A stretch of DNA of 64,000 nt, taken from contig JAHJQM010000029.1 in NCBI GenBank assembly GCA_018819285.1, positions 280-64,279 of the forward strand. The letters are read 5' to 3'. The translations under genes were made by a program, and so were the position numbers. The notes below the pieces were generated by a model. It had not been told where the DNA came from, made no database searches, and was given only the letters and a program-made list of their open reading frames with translations. This document shows, in pieces, positions 9,385 through 19,048 of this stretch; positions within the stretch are counted from its first letter, which is position 1; every line of letters begins with the position of its first letter. The stretch is from Candidatus Omnitrophota bacterium (lineage in GTDB: Bacteria > Omnitrophota > Gorgyraeia > Gorgyraeales > Gorgyraeaceae).

Positions 9385-10404
9385 TTAGGCAAAAAATTGT
9401 TTTATATCTGATGGGATTTCTGCGGAAAATTCGACTTGAATATTTTTGGAAGGATGGATAAAGCTTATTGATTTTGCATGAAGAGCTTGTCTTGATAATC
9501 CTTGGATACTAGGGCCCTTGTAAAGCGCATCTCCTAAAATCGGATGGCCTATATGCGAGAAATGTATGCGGATTTGATGAGTCCTGCCTGTCTTCGGAGC
9601 CACTTCAAGAATTGTAAAATTTTTTTCTTTATTCCTGGCAATTACTTTATAATGCGTTACTGCTTCTTTTCCAAAATATCTATCAACCACCATTCTCATT
9701 CTATTTTTTTTATCATGATTAACGGGCAGATCTATTATCCCTTCTTCTAGATCAATAATACCTTTTGCAATCGCAATGTAAGTTTTAGCAATGGTCCTAT
9801 TTTTTAACTGGCTTGAAAGTTTGCGTAACGCAACGCCTGTTTTCGCGACAAGCATCACGCCTGATGTATCCTTATCTAACCTGTGAACTATCCCGGGCCT
9901 CAAAACATGTTTTTCGTCTTTTGTTTCACGCGGCTTGTTAAATTCCGTAAGAAAACCTTTGTAGTTTAAGAGCGCGTTTACCAAAGTCCCTGAATAATTT
10001 CCGCATGCCGGATGCACCACCATTCCAGCTGGTTTATTAATTACTAAGATATCTTCGTCCTCATAAATAATATTCAGCGGTAATTTTTCAGCCTTTGGTA
10101 TTTTTTTATCACACACTATAAGGCTTTCTTTTTCCAGTTTTTCTAAATCTATTTCTATTTTATCGCCCGCATTTACTTTGTGGCCCACTTTCACTGCTTT
10201 ACCTTTCAATAAAATTTCACCTTTTTGTATCATCTCCTGGACAATAGTCCTGGATATCTCAAGCTCTGGCTTCATTCCCACCAGATGCTTTAAGCTGACA
10301 TTATCTATCCGTTTGCCGGTATCTTCTAATACTACTTCAAAAGTATACATTTCTATTATTTGCCCTTTCTTAATCAGCCTAACTTTACAAATGGTGCCTG
10401 GCAC
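9385..10404 (-). CDS. rluD: 23S rRNA pseudouridine synthase, RluA/RluD family, with N-terminal S4-like domain
   Basis: Carries IIYEDEDILVINKPAGMVVHP and the catalytic motif HRLDKDTSGVMLVAKT. The true start may be the internal MYTFE. Confidence 0.85.
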   Translation of the reverse strand: MPGTICKVRLIKKGQIIEMYTFEVVLEDTGKRIDNVSLKHLVGMKPELEISRTIVQEMIQKGEILLKGKAVKVGHKVNAGDKIEIDLEKLEKESLIVCDKKIPKAEKLPLNIIYEDEDILVINKPAGMVVHPACGNYSGTLVNALLNYKGFLTEFNKPRETKDEKHVLRPGIVHRLDKDTSGVMLVAKTGVALRKLSSQLKNRTIAKTYIAIAKGIIDLEEGIIDLPVNHDKKNRMRMVVDRYFGKEAVTHYKVIARNKEKNFTILEVAPKTGRTHQIRIHFSHIGHPILGDALYKGPSIQGLSRQALHAKSISFIHPSKNIQVEFSAEIPSDIKQFFA

Positions 10405-10426
10405 GAATTGTAAAGTTAGGGATATT

Positions 10427-13400
10427 TTATACTATGGCTCTTAAGAAAGCTATAAGAAATTTCAGAGAGACTCGTATAAATAATTTAACAAGGGGCTTAT
10501 CTTTTATTAATTCTGCTATTGGCGGGCTAAAACGGTAATAGAGATTAACGAATTCTTTACCCAGTTTTGATTTTAATAGGCACTGATCTCTGAATTCGCG
10601 CAAGGCTACCACTTCTTTAGCATCAGTAGAGCCAAATGCTGCGGTAGCGATGAAACAACTACCGCCGCCACCGCCACTACTATCTTGCTGTCCAGGATTC
10701 TCAGGCTGAGCAACATTTTCATTATTTTTTTCAGCGCCTGCGATTCCGAATATAGTAAAATGGCTTGTCTTTACTGTAACTATATTTTCTTTTGGAAATA
10801 CAAAACTGCCTGAAAGAATTTTCCATTCAACATTTTTTTCATCATACCAGTATACCTCCAAGGTTAACTCATCAATATTTTTATCATCTACAATACCATC
10901 TCCGTTTTCGTCAATATATGGTATAGATATAATCATTTCCTTATTAAAAGGGCCTTTGTGGTTTTCAAATTGATATTCCCGGTATTCTCCTATAGGCTTA
11001 TTTTGGTTAATATTGATTTCTCTCTGAATCTGGCTTGATTCCAATCTTTTTATATTAACAATGTCATCTTGCTCCAATATATCTGCCGGCATAACTAAAG
11101 ATGTTTTATCTGATAATTCTATTCTGCCTATTTTATACTTATATACATTATTTGGCGAGACGATTGGCTTTTTATCATTATTTTTTCCATTTGAAACATA
11201 GATAGTTTCTTGGCACGACATAATAACACGGCCTATTGTCCTGACATCAAGATTTGTCATGTAGGTTCCTGAATCATTATATGTAAATTCCGCCTGAGGA
11301 ACCAGAGTTACGAGGTCAATTATCCCATCATTGTCAAAATCCCATAAATATTCCACATCGCTTATTTCATCTTCAATTTCAAAGGAAAATCTTACTGCAA
11401 GGGGTGCATTGCCCTTTTGCGGATTGATAATAATTTTGCCTTTTTTAATATCCTCTGGATCAAAAATCCCGAATCTAATTTCTGATTTGGCCTGGTTGGA
11501 TAAATTGTTTGAGTCTGTAACGCGTACAGTAGGCGTGTAAACGCCTGGCTCGCAATAAGTGTGTTTAATTATGCCAGGGCTTAATGAAGTATAATCGAAT
11601 ACGCCATCGCCTTCAAAATCCCATTGATATTTTTGGATTAAATTGCTGCTATTTACAGCAGCTTCAAAATTTATTTCCAGAGGGACATTTCCTGTAACAG
11701 GCGATACTGAGGAACTAACGCTCAAAACTTTAGGGTCTTCTATCTCAATTAAAGCCTTCTCTGAGCCAGTTAATCCGTCAAAGCTGGTAACCCTGAACTC
11801 CGCATTATATTTTCCTGGAAGGGCATAGGTTTTAACAACCTCCCCTGATTCAGATGAATTAGCTTCAAAAACGCCGTCACCATCGAAATCCCATTCATAT
11901 TTCGATACGCCTTGAGGGCAAAATGCATCGCCTTTAAAAAATACCTTGCAAGGCGCAACGCCTTCTAAAGGAAACGCATTTAAATAGACGCCTGGCGCGT
12001 CAGGATTTTTAGCTACATTAATAGTAACTGTATAGGTATTCGTGATTCCGTTTTTATCTGTTACGCGTAACTTTGCAGGAAAGCTGCCTTCGCCTGTATA
12101 TATAAAAACAACCTCCCCTGATTCAGGCGAACTGAAATCATATATGCCTTTGCCATCAAAATCCCATTCGTATTTAACTATTCTTTTGAACTTACTGATA
12201 GCTTCTGACTTAAAATGCACTTCGAGCGGGGCCATGCCATTTAAAGGTTCAGCCAGCGACTTTGCTTCCAAGATTATAGGCAAAGAATCGGAAACTATTA
12301 TTTTAACTTTTTCTGAGGCCTTGACTTTGCCATCGCTGACAATAAATGTTACAAAATATTCTCCTGTTTGATTTTCTACCGGCTTCCAGAAAAATCTTTT
12401 TACCCATGGATCAAAACTGGCTCCGCGAGGAAGCGTTTCTGCAGAATAAATAAGCAAATCTCCGTCTATATCAACGGCTTCAACAAAAAATTCTAAACTA
12501 TCTCCTGCTATTATTTCTTTTTCGCCTATAGTAAATAAAACGGGCTCGTGATTTTTCTTTGGAATTTCTTTTTCGCCCACGTCAAAAAATATTGAACCCT
12601 GGCCGATCTCTCCAAATTTATACATAACCCTGTAAATCCCATGCCTGTCTAATTCAGGAGAGACTATTTTTTCGAATTTATTGACGCCTTTTTGCAGATT
12701 TACGTCTTCTTCAATGATATTCACGGCATCTGAATCCGGCTTTATTAAATACGCGCTTAACTTGATAGAACATGCTTCGCCTGATTCAATCTTCCAATTA
12801 AGAGCCACGTTTTCGCCGTCTTCGTAAATATCCTTATCGCATCCCGCTTTAATGATTTTAATGGAAGATGTTTCCGGCTTTTCCCCGTTTATTAAATAAG
12901 AATTTAAATAAAGGGATTTTCCGGATTCAAAATATATCCCATAATAAATTTTCTCATTGTCGTTCAGGCCGGGGATATTGAATTCGAGATCCTTTTCTTC
13001 ATTCAGGACAAAATCTATCTTCTTTTCATAATCACTGCATCTGGCCTCTGCAAAAAGCTTCAAGCCCTTCGCTGAGCTTAAATTTTTAACATTGAGCTTA
13101 AAGATACCGGCCTCTGCCTCAGCCTCAGCTTCAACCTTTACGCCTATTATTTTAAAATTTACCTTATGCGTCTCGTCTTTAAATTTATACTCTGCTTCAT
13201 AATTCCCTTCATCCGCATCTTCCGGGATTAAAAATTCGAACGCTATTTCTTTATCCTTGCCAGATCCTAATAATTCTGATCGCGTTTCATTGATTAGATC
13301 CTGGGATTTAAAATTTACTTCGCATTTTCCCTGCGCCTCGCCTTCATTTATAATCCTAAATCTAAATTTGGCTTTTTCTCCTGCGTTAAAACTAAGGCCT

Positions 13401-16400
13401 TCGTCTTCCAAATAGAAAACCTTAAAAATTGGCGCGCTAATTTTTTCGCCTATATAAAAGGCTTTTACGAACTTAACTGTTTCCTGAAAAATAGGGGATT
13501 TTAATGTTGCCTCTATGTAATATTTTCCTTTTCCCGCAATAGCCGGAATTTCAAAATTAATCACTGATTCATTTTCTATATTAGAAATTTCCTCGCGCTT
13601 TTGAAAGCATGCAAAATCGCTGCCAGAATATTCATCGCCAGAAGTATAAACTGCGAGAAGCTTATATCTTAAAAAAGAACTCTCGCTATTATATCTGTCG
13701 TAGACCTGGATATAATAATTAGACGGGTTAGCGGTTTCAAATTCCATTGTAACATCTTCGCCTGAGGCGCCGCCTTTTATGTCAATGTTCTGGCCAGACT
13801 CTTTATAAAGTTTCATATAAGGCCTTACATTGACCGGCATGTCTTTTAAATAAACAGTTATTTTGCCGGCGTCTGGTATAGATAATTTATAAAAATCGGA
13901 ATCTGCTTTGGTCGCAACTGTGGCAAAGTAATTTTTACCAAAATCAATAAGCCTTGCAGCCTCTTTTGTTTCATTGGGCTCGTATTCATCCAGGGTTTTT
14001 ATAAAATTAAAATTCAGGGAGTAGCTATTTAGCGAAGAGACATTTCCATACCAGTCTCTTACTAAAAGATAATAAAGGCCGGGTTTGTCAAATTCTGTCT
14101 CAAGGATTACATTTTCATTGGCTGAGCCGCCTTTCATTGAGATTACTTTGCCTGATGTATCATAAATTTTTATAGAAGGCCTCAGGCCTTGCGGCACTTC
14201 GTACATTTTTATATATAAAACGCCCTTTTCCTGGATATTGAATTTAAAAAAGTCTTCATCTCCGGTACTATAGATTTTACCGTGTATTCTTGAATCCACA
14301 TCTATCTCGTTTGCGTTTGTAAAAGCGCTGTTAGGCTCTATCTCCTCAGAATCCTGATATATAGCCGGGTCCAATGTATCATTAAAAATATTTTCGCCTT
14401 CGTTTATCTGTATATTTTTTGATATATTGCCAGGCGACGCAGTTAAAAGATAATTTCCAACAGGCACATAGATAAATTTAAACAGGCTATCGCCTGAAGT
14501 TACGGCAAATCTAGTTGAGGTATTCGAACTGGCAACGTTCACAGGTTCCAGCGTAATGGTCGAACCTATTGAATTTTCAATAACGCCTGACAGATTTCCA
14601 TATTTTGACGGCGTTAAATTTATATCCAGATTGTTGTCTCCTGGAAAAATTTCAATATCTTTTGAAACAGTGTCGAAAGCCGGGGCTTTTATACTGATAA
14701 CTCTATGACCTTTATCAAGGCCTTTTAACCTGTATTTGCCGTCTTTATTTGTATAAATGCCTTCTATTATGGCGCCTTTTATAACAGCGCCGTTATCATC
14801 TCTTACTGTCCCATATAAATCCCATGAATTCAATTCCGGAAAAACTCTAATATCAAGATAACCTTTTTCTATTATTTCTCCGATATTTTTAATTTTAACG
14901 CTCGCAGATATAAGCTGATTCTTCGGATAATTATTTTCCATATTTACAATTAAATCCACGTTCAGGCCAGGGATACTGTAAGATTCTGTAGCGATTTCTG
15001 TATCTTCGCCATCACTTAAAGGCTTTGGGCCTTCGAAACATATGCTTTTAAATCCAATAAGCCTGGAATTCGAAAATGTGCTAAGTTTAGCTTTGCATGT
15101 TCCTCTTGAAATATCCTCTGGTATAGCGAAACTCTGAGGCCAGGACCCGGAGCCAAGCTCTGCTAATTTGATCTCCGAGGAACAATAATAAATTTGTTTG
15201 TTGCTAGAGTCGGTTATATCCAGGATGGTCAGGATATTAAGCGAGACGCTGGTTTTATTTTTAAAATTTACGTTTATTGAGGCTATTTCGCCAGGCAAAT
15301 ACTGCTCTTTATCACTAGACATATCTATATCCAAGCTTGGCTCAAAGACATTAATGCCCCGCTCTGCCTTGCCTATAAAAACATTCTGCGAAGAATAAAA
15401 ATAAGAACTCAACAGGTCTGTTGAGCTAGCGATTATTTCCTTATCGAATGAAATTGTTTTGCCGGCAGGAACTACGACTATGTCATTATATTCTATTTTA
15501 TGATGCGGGAGTATTGCTTTATATTTTATCGACTCATCCCTGGCAGTATTATTTCTCATGTGAAATGTAAACGTGGCAACGTTGCCAGAGATATAATTTT
15601 CACTGTCGCTTGTTATGTCAAAGGTAAAATCCGGGTTTTGTGAAGCGTCTGGCGGTGGCTTGGCAAAAGAAAAATAAATTCCTTCTGCTTGAGGCTGGAT
15701 GGCTTTAGAATCAATGTCGTAAAGAATGTAGTCCACAGAATAGATTCCTGGTTTTTCCAGGGCCTGGCCTAACTTATACGCCGCTTCGTTTGAAATATTC
15801 CTCTCTAAAACCTCACCTTCAGGCGACTTTAATATCATTTCTATCTTGTTAAAATCAAGGTTTGTCTGTATTGGGATTTCAAAACTCTCGCCAGTTTTAT
15901 ATTCTGGCAAGTTTTTGCCGGACTTTGCCCATCGAAGGAGATCTCTTACGAGATTAATCTCTGAAGAACTTGCCTGGCCATTTAAATAGCCCCAGTCTGA
16001 ATACATAGAAGCTACTATGACGACGCCTTTTCCGAAATTATACAAAAGCATTGCAGGCATCTGGTTTTTTGACCTTCTAAGTAAAATTGCGGCGCCATCC
16101 GGATAATCCGTAAAATATCCGTCCAGTTTTATATCAGGGTATAATTCATTTTGCGAACTAAGTACCTGGTGGAAATTTTCAATATAGGCGGCTTTTGTAT
16201 GACAGGACGCATCTTCCTGCCAGCCGTATGCATTTAGTCTTTCTCCTGGAAGGGCGTTAAAATCATAGCCATATTGCTGGGAAAAACATATAATAGCGCC
16301 TCCATTTTTTACATACTCTGAAAGTTTATTTTTGAATATCGCTGAATGCGAAAGGCCTGAAAGCCCGCCCGTAGGAATTACCAGGACCTTTTGTTCGTCA

Positions 16401-17821
16401 AGTATATAAGGCTCGAACGTATGGTCTATAATCCTGACCGGCTCTCCGACTTTTTCTATTATTAACTTTCTCATCTCATTGTAATAACCATTTGCCAATA
16501 CAGCTATATCAGGAGATTCAAGGTATTCCCTGGACGCATATATATAATAATCATGGAGAAGTTTATTTTTCTGGCCCAGGGCTTCTTCCCATTCATTGAT
16601 AATATTATCTACGTTAGCGCCTGTTGAAATTTCCAATTGAGCGTCTTCAAATAGAGTTAATATTTCCCAGTATTTCATTAGATATGCCTTATTTTTCCTG
16701 ACCGCAATCCTGAGATATAAATCAAAAAGCTTCCTGGGGCTCATATCTATGCCTTTGGCAAAATCTACTGTATCGAATGTATCATCAGGATGGTCTATGC
16801 CAGGGCCTGATAAAAATGCCAACTGTTTATTCTTATAAGGCTTCAACCTCTTGAAAAAAATGCTTTCTCCGCCTTTTTCCAGTTTATCAAGCATGACTGC
16901 TAAAACTGTTTCACTATTGCAGAAATTAAAATGATTCACGCCCAAAAAATACTCATACCCTATGTCTTCTCTTTTTTCTATAACAGGGCTCCAGTCGCCT
17001 ACTATCAAGTCTTCGCTGCCGATTGCAATAAATGTCTTTATGCGCTTATCAGGCCCAAGATCCTGTATGCTTTTTAAGAACATGCTGTCCGGAGATAGTT
17101 CTTTTCTCAAGGCTTCGGATTCCATGCGGCTGCCAGGTATCCATATTTTATTATCAGCTACTTCCAATGCATATTGGCAGGCAGTCATGCTCTGGGCAAA
17201 AACCGATGGAATTACGCCCAGGATATTTTTGATATTTGCTACAAGGCTTGTAGAGCCGTTGTTGGGCGGGGCAAGTTCTATTATTGTCTCTATATTGTCT
17301 CTATAAGGGACTAAACCGAGCGAGCGCGAATACGCTGTTACCGCAAGACCTCCTGTAGAGTGGGTTATTACATCTGCCTTTTTATAATTTCTATCCGGGA
17401 GATTCTTATTTAGATAATCTATCCCTTCTTTTAACGCTACGCCTACATCATCGCCTAAATCCCTTACACCATAACCCCATGAATTGCCAATCATAGGCGC
17501 GTCTATCTTATGATCTCCATTTGTATCAACCGCATTTCCGCGCATATCAACGACAATTACATCGTAGCCGCGCTCAGTTAATTTTTTTACATAATTCTTA
17601 TTCTTATCACTCCAAACTTCTCCGCTAGAGTTAAAGCCGTGGACTAATAATATAGGCCTTTCTTTAATATCATTTGCAGCGTTTTCGTAACAATAAAAAT
17701 TTATTTTTGCGCCTTTGGTGCTCTCAACAGTAAAAGGCTTGGCAGGCTCATCCAATGCAAAAATATTATTTGCAAAAAAGATGAAAAATATGCCTGATAT
17801 TAAATGAATGATCAGCTTCAT
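10427..17821 (-). CDS. giant (2,464 aa) secreted multidomain protein with lipase/esterase, GATase1/ThuA-like, CARDB/Ig-like, four PPC, carboxypeptidase-regulatory-like and four PKD domains, and a C-terminal CFI-box-like putative sorting domain
   Basis: Signal peptide MKLIIHLISGIFFIFFANNIFA. Lipase-like nucleophile VITHSTGG around aa 155 (compare B. subtilis LipA AHSMGG). VLVIPTGG...GGAIICF matches a GATase1/ThuA-like domain. Repeated ...DxDFYKL / DEDFFKF PPC-like modules. An EAEAEAEA linker. Four PKD signatures: YEWDFDGKG, YEWDFDGDG, YQWDFEGDG, YLWDFDNDG. C-terminus is GGGGGSCFIATAAFGS...REFRD...YYRFSPPIAELI, read at 10621-10680. Confidence 0.85.
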   Translation of the reverse strand: MKLIIHLISGIFFIFFANNIFALDEPAKPFTVESTKGAKINFYCYENAANDIKERPILLVHGFNSSGEVWSDKNKNYVKKLTERGYDVIVVDMRGNAVDTNGDHKIDAPMIGNSWGYGVRDLGDDVGVALKEGIDYLNKNLPDRNYKKADVITHSTGGLAVTAYSRSLGLVPYRDNIETIIELAPPNNGSTSLVANIKNILGVIPSVFAQSMTACQYALEVADNKIWIPGSRMESEALRKELSPDSMFLKSIQDLGPDKRIKTFIAIGSEDLIVGDWSPVIEKREDIGYEYFLGVNHFNFCNSETVLAVMLDKLEKGGESIFFKRLKPYKNKQLAFLSGPGIDHPDDTFDTVDFAKGIDMSPRKLFDLYLRIAVRKNKAYLMKYWEILTLFEDAQLEISTGANVDNIINEWEEALGQKNKLLHDYYIYASREYLESPDIAVLANGYYNEMRKLIIEKVGEPVRIIDHTFEPYILDEQKVLVIPTGGLSGLSHSAIFKNKLSEYVKNGGAIICFSQQYGYDFNALPGERLNAYGWQEDASCHTKAAYIENFHQVLSSQNELYPDIKLDGYFTDYPDGAAILLRRSKNQMPAMLLYNFGKGVVIVASMYSDWGYLNGQASSSEINLVRDLLRWAKSGKNLPEYKTGESFEIPIQTNLDFNKIEMILKSPEGEVLERNISNEAAYKLGQALEKPGIYSVDYILYDIDSKAIQPQAEGIYFSFAKPPPDASQNPDFTFDITSDSENYISGNVATFTFHMRNNTARDESIKYKAILPHHKIEYNDIVVVPAGKTISFDKEIIASSTDLLSSYFYSSQNVFIGKAERGINVFEPSLDIDMSSDKEQYLPGEIASINVNFKNKTSVSLNILTILDITDSSNKQIYYCSSEIKLAELGSGSWPQSFAIPEDISRGTCKAKLSTFSNSRLIGFKSICFEGPKPLSDGEDTEIATESYSIPGLNVDLIVNMENNYPKNQLISASVKIKNIGEIIEKGYLDIRVFPELNSWDLYGTVRDDNGAVIKGAIIEGIYTNKDGKYRLKGLDKGHRVISIKAPAFDTVSKDIEIFPGDNNLDINLTPSKYGNLSGVIENSIGSTITLEPVNVASSNTSTRFAVTSGDSLFKFIYVPVGNYLLTASPGNISKNIQINEGENIFNDTLDPAIYQDSEEIEPNSAFTNANEIDVDSRIHGKIYSTGDEDFFKFNIQEKGVLYIKMYEVPQGLRPSIKIYDTSGKVISMKGGSANENVILETEFDKPGLYYLLVRDWYGNVSSLNSYSLNFNFIKTLDEYEPNETKEAARLIDFGKNYFATVATKADSDFYKLSIPDAGKITVYLKDMPVNVRPYMKLYKESGQNIDIKGGASGEDVTMEFETANPSNYYIQVYDRYNSESSFLRYKLLAVYTSGDEYSGSDFACFQKREEISNIENESVINFEIPAIAGKGKYYIEATLKSPIFQETVKFVKAFYIGEKISAPIFKVFYLEDEGLSFNAGEKAKFRFRIINEGEAQGKCEVNFKSQDLINETRSELLGSGKDKEIAFEFLIPEDADEGNYEAEYKFKDETHKVNFKIIGVKVEAEAEAEAGIFKLNVKNLSSAKGLKLFAEARCSDYEKKIDFVLNEEKDLEFNIPGLNDNEKIYYGIYFESGKSLYLNSYLINGEKPETSSIKIIKAGCDKDIYEDGENVALNWKIESGEACSIKLSAYLIKPDSDAVNIIEEDVNLQKGVNKFEKIVSPELDRHGIYRVMYKFGEIGQGSIFFDVGEKEIPKKNHEPVLFTIGEKEIIAGDSLEFFVEAVDIDGDLLIYSAETLPRGASFDPWVKRFFWKPVENQTGEYFVTFIVSDGKVKASEKVKIIVSDSLPIILEAKSLAEPLNGMAPLEVHFKSEAISKFKRIVKYEWDFDGKGIYDFSSPESGEVVFIYTGEGSFPAKLRVTDKNGITNTYTVTINVAKNPDAPGVYLNAFPLEGVAPCKVFFKGDAFCPQGVSKYEWDFDGDGVFEANSSESGEVVKTYALPGKYNAEFRVTSFDGLTGSEKALIEIEDPKVLSVSSSVSPVTGNVPLEINFEAAVNSSNLIQKYQWDFEGDGVFDYTSLSPGIIKHTYCEPGVYTPTVRVTDSNNLSNQAKSEIRFGIFDPEDIKKGKIIINPQKGNAPLAVRFSFEIEDEISDVEYLWDFDNDGIIDLVTLVPQAEFTYNDSGTYMTNLDVRTIGRVIMSCQETIYVSNGKNNDKKPIVSPNNVYKYKIGRIELSDKTSLVMPADILEQDDIVNIKRLESSQIQREININQNKPIGEYREYQFENHKGPFNKEMIISIPYIDENGDGIVDDKNIDELTLEVYWYDEKNVEWKILSGSFVFPKENIVTVKTSHFTIFGIAGAEKNNENVAQPENPGQQDSSGGGGGSCFIATAAFGSTDAKEVVALREFRDQCLLKSKLGKEFVNLYYRFSPPIAELIKDKPLVKLFIRVSLKFLIAFLRAIV

Positions 17822-17889
17822 AAAATAATCTTTATGTCATTGCGAGGAGTCCCGATTTATCGGAACGACGAAGCAATTAAGCATACCTT

Positions 17890-18486
17890 TTATTGAATTA
17901 ATCTTTCAAGGCTTGTTTCTTCGTCTTTTAGAGTCCAAAGGAAGTCGTTCTTTAGCAGGATCGTTATTTTGTACTTTTCTGACCGTTCTGAAAATTTAAA
18001 TTTATTTATAAGGGTAGGTTGGCGTTTTCTTATAATTTTATCTGAGTCCAGTTGCAGTTTTTTATCTGCGCCGTTATTGGGATTAATTGTCCAATATCTT
18101 CTGCTGACAGTACGTACGCTCCATGCGTCGGACTTTGATAGCTGCTGGCAAAATACTATCCTTCCTTCATTAGTCCATTCGGGATAACGCATATCTATTT
18201 CAAAAAAATTTCTCCAACGATATTTTTTAAAAAATTTAGCTGTGCGATTTATAAGTGAACGGTCCTGAAAGGTAAGTTTTTTGAGGTTTTTGCCGTCTAT
18301 ATCTACTACCCAGATATCAAGATTCCCGACTGGAGTTATTGCAGAGAATGCAATTTTTGATTCATCCGGCGAAAGTTCAAAATCTATAATCTTTACTATA
18401 TCGCTTTTACTATGATTTACTGCGCCGCCGCAACTTCCCATAGCTATTCCAAGAAAAATAATCCCCAGCACCATCCTAGGCATCAT
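17890..18486 (-). CDS. lipoprotein with TolB/PD40-like beta-propeller repeat
   Basis: Lipobox LGIAMGSC. SPDESKIAFSAITPVGNLDIWVVDIDGKNLKKLT is PD40-like. SD GAAGGGGG precedes the ATG. It lies immediately upstream of the 2,464-aa gene on the same strand. Confidence 0.55.
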   Translation of the reverse strand: MMPRMVLGIIFLGIAMGSCGGAVNHSKSDIVKIIDFELSPDESKIAFSAITPVGNLDIWVVDIDGKNLKKLTFQDRSLINRTAKFFKKYRWRNFFEIDMRYPEWTNEGRIVFCQQLSKSDAWSVRTVSRRYWTINPNNGADKKLQLDSDKIIRKRQPTLINKFKFSERSEKYKITILLKNDFLWTLKDEETSLERLIQ

Positions 18487-18496
18487 GCCCCCTTCA

Positions 18497-18533
18497 AAGT
18501 TGACACTTCTGTCATTGTCAGAAGCGTCAACTT
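18497..18533. repeat. REP-A copy 2 (aagttgacacttctgtcattgtcagaagcgtcaactt; 2 mismatches in arms)
   Basis: Lies between the XRE stop (18543-18545) and the SD of the lipoprotein gene. Confidence 0.85.
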
Positions 18534-18542
18534 TGACTTAAG

Positions 18543-18896
18543 CTATCTCCTATTTCTTGATTTTCTGCGCTCTTTATACAATGTATTGATTACTGGATAA
18601 TAAATGTTTACAGCGGCAGAGCTAGACTCTTTAACTATATTGATTATTTTCTTTTTCTTGTAGTCAGATGAGTTTAGTTTTTCATCATTTAATAAAAGTT
18701 CGTAGATATCTACTTCTAAGGCCTCTGCAATGCGGGAAATCATATAAAAGGTAGGGAGTTTTTTGCAGCTTTCAATTCTGCTTATATATGTAGGATGAAC
18801 ATTTACTTCTTCTGCTAATCTTAACTGCGTCCAACCTTTGGAGTTTCGAATTGTCCTGATTCTATTGGCTAGAATACTGCTATCATTTGCTATGCT
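18543..18896 (-). CDS. XRE-family helix-turn-helix transcriptional regulator
   Basis: MSIANDSSILANRIRTIRNSKGWTQLRLAEEVNVHPTYISRIESCKKLPTFYMISRIAEALEVDIYELL is a classic XRE HTH. The track ORF starts at 19031 and overlaps REP-A copy 3, so the likely true start is ATG 18896 (MSIAN) with an AAAGG SD. Confidence 0.7.
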   Translation of the reverse strand, partial: SIANDSSILANRIRTIRNSKGWTQLRLAEEVNVHPTYISRIESCKKLPTFYMISRIAEALEVDIYELLLNDEKLNSSDYKKKKIINIVKESSSAAVNIYYPVINTLYKERRKSRNRR

Positions 18897-19013
18897 CATA
18901 AAATTACCTTTCATTATAAATAGACAGAGTGATAGAGTGAATAAAAATAAGGTCATATAATAATGTCTATTGGACACACTGTTATGATATGTTAAAAAAT
19001 ATGGCCGGCTTCT

Positions 19014-19048
19014 AAGTTGACACTCTGACAATGTTAGAGTGTCAACTT
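19014..19048. repeat. REP-A copy 3 (aagttgacactctgacaatgttagagtgtcaactt); contains the RAYT stop codon
   Basis: The RAYT ORF ends ...CCA AGT TGA, with TGA being rc of tca at 19042-19044 inside the palindrome arm. Confidence 0.85.

Noticed and set aside
13080-13110. GCCTCAGCCTCAGCTTCAGC microrepeat
   Set aside because: It encodes the EAEAEAEA interdomain linker of the 2,464-aa protein and is not a separate element.
17822-17889. Short inverted repeats (cccgatttatcgg) upstream of the 2,464-aa gene
   Set aside because: Only 5-bp stems, indistinguishable from chance.
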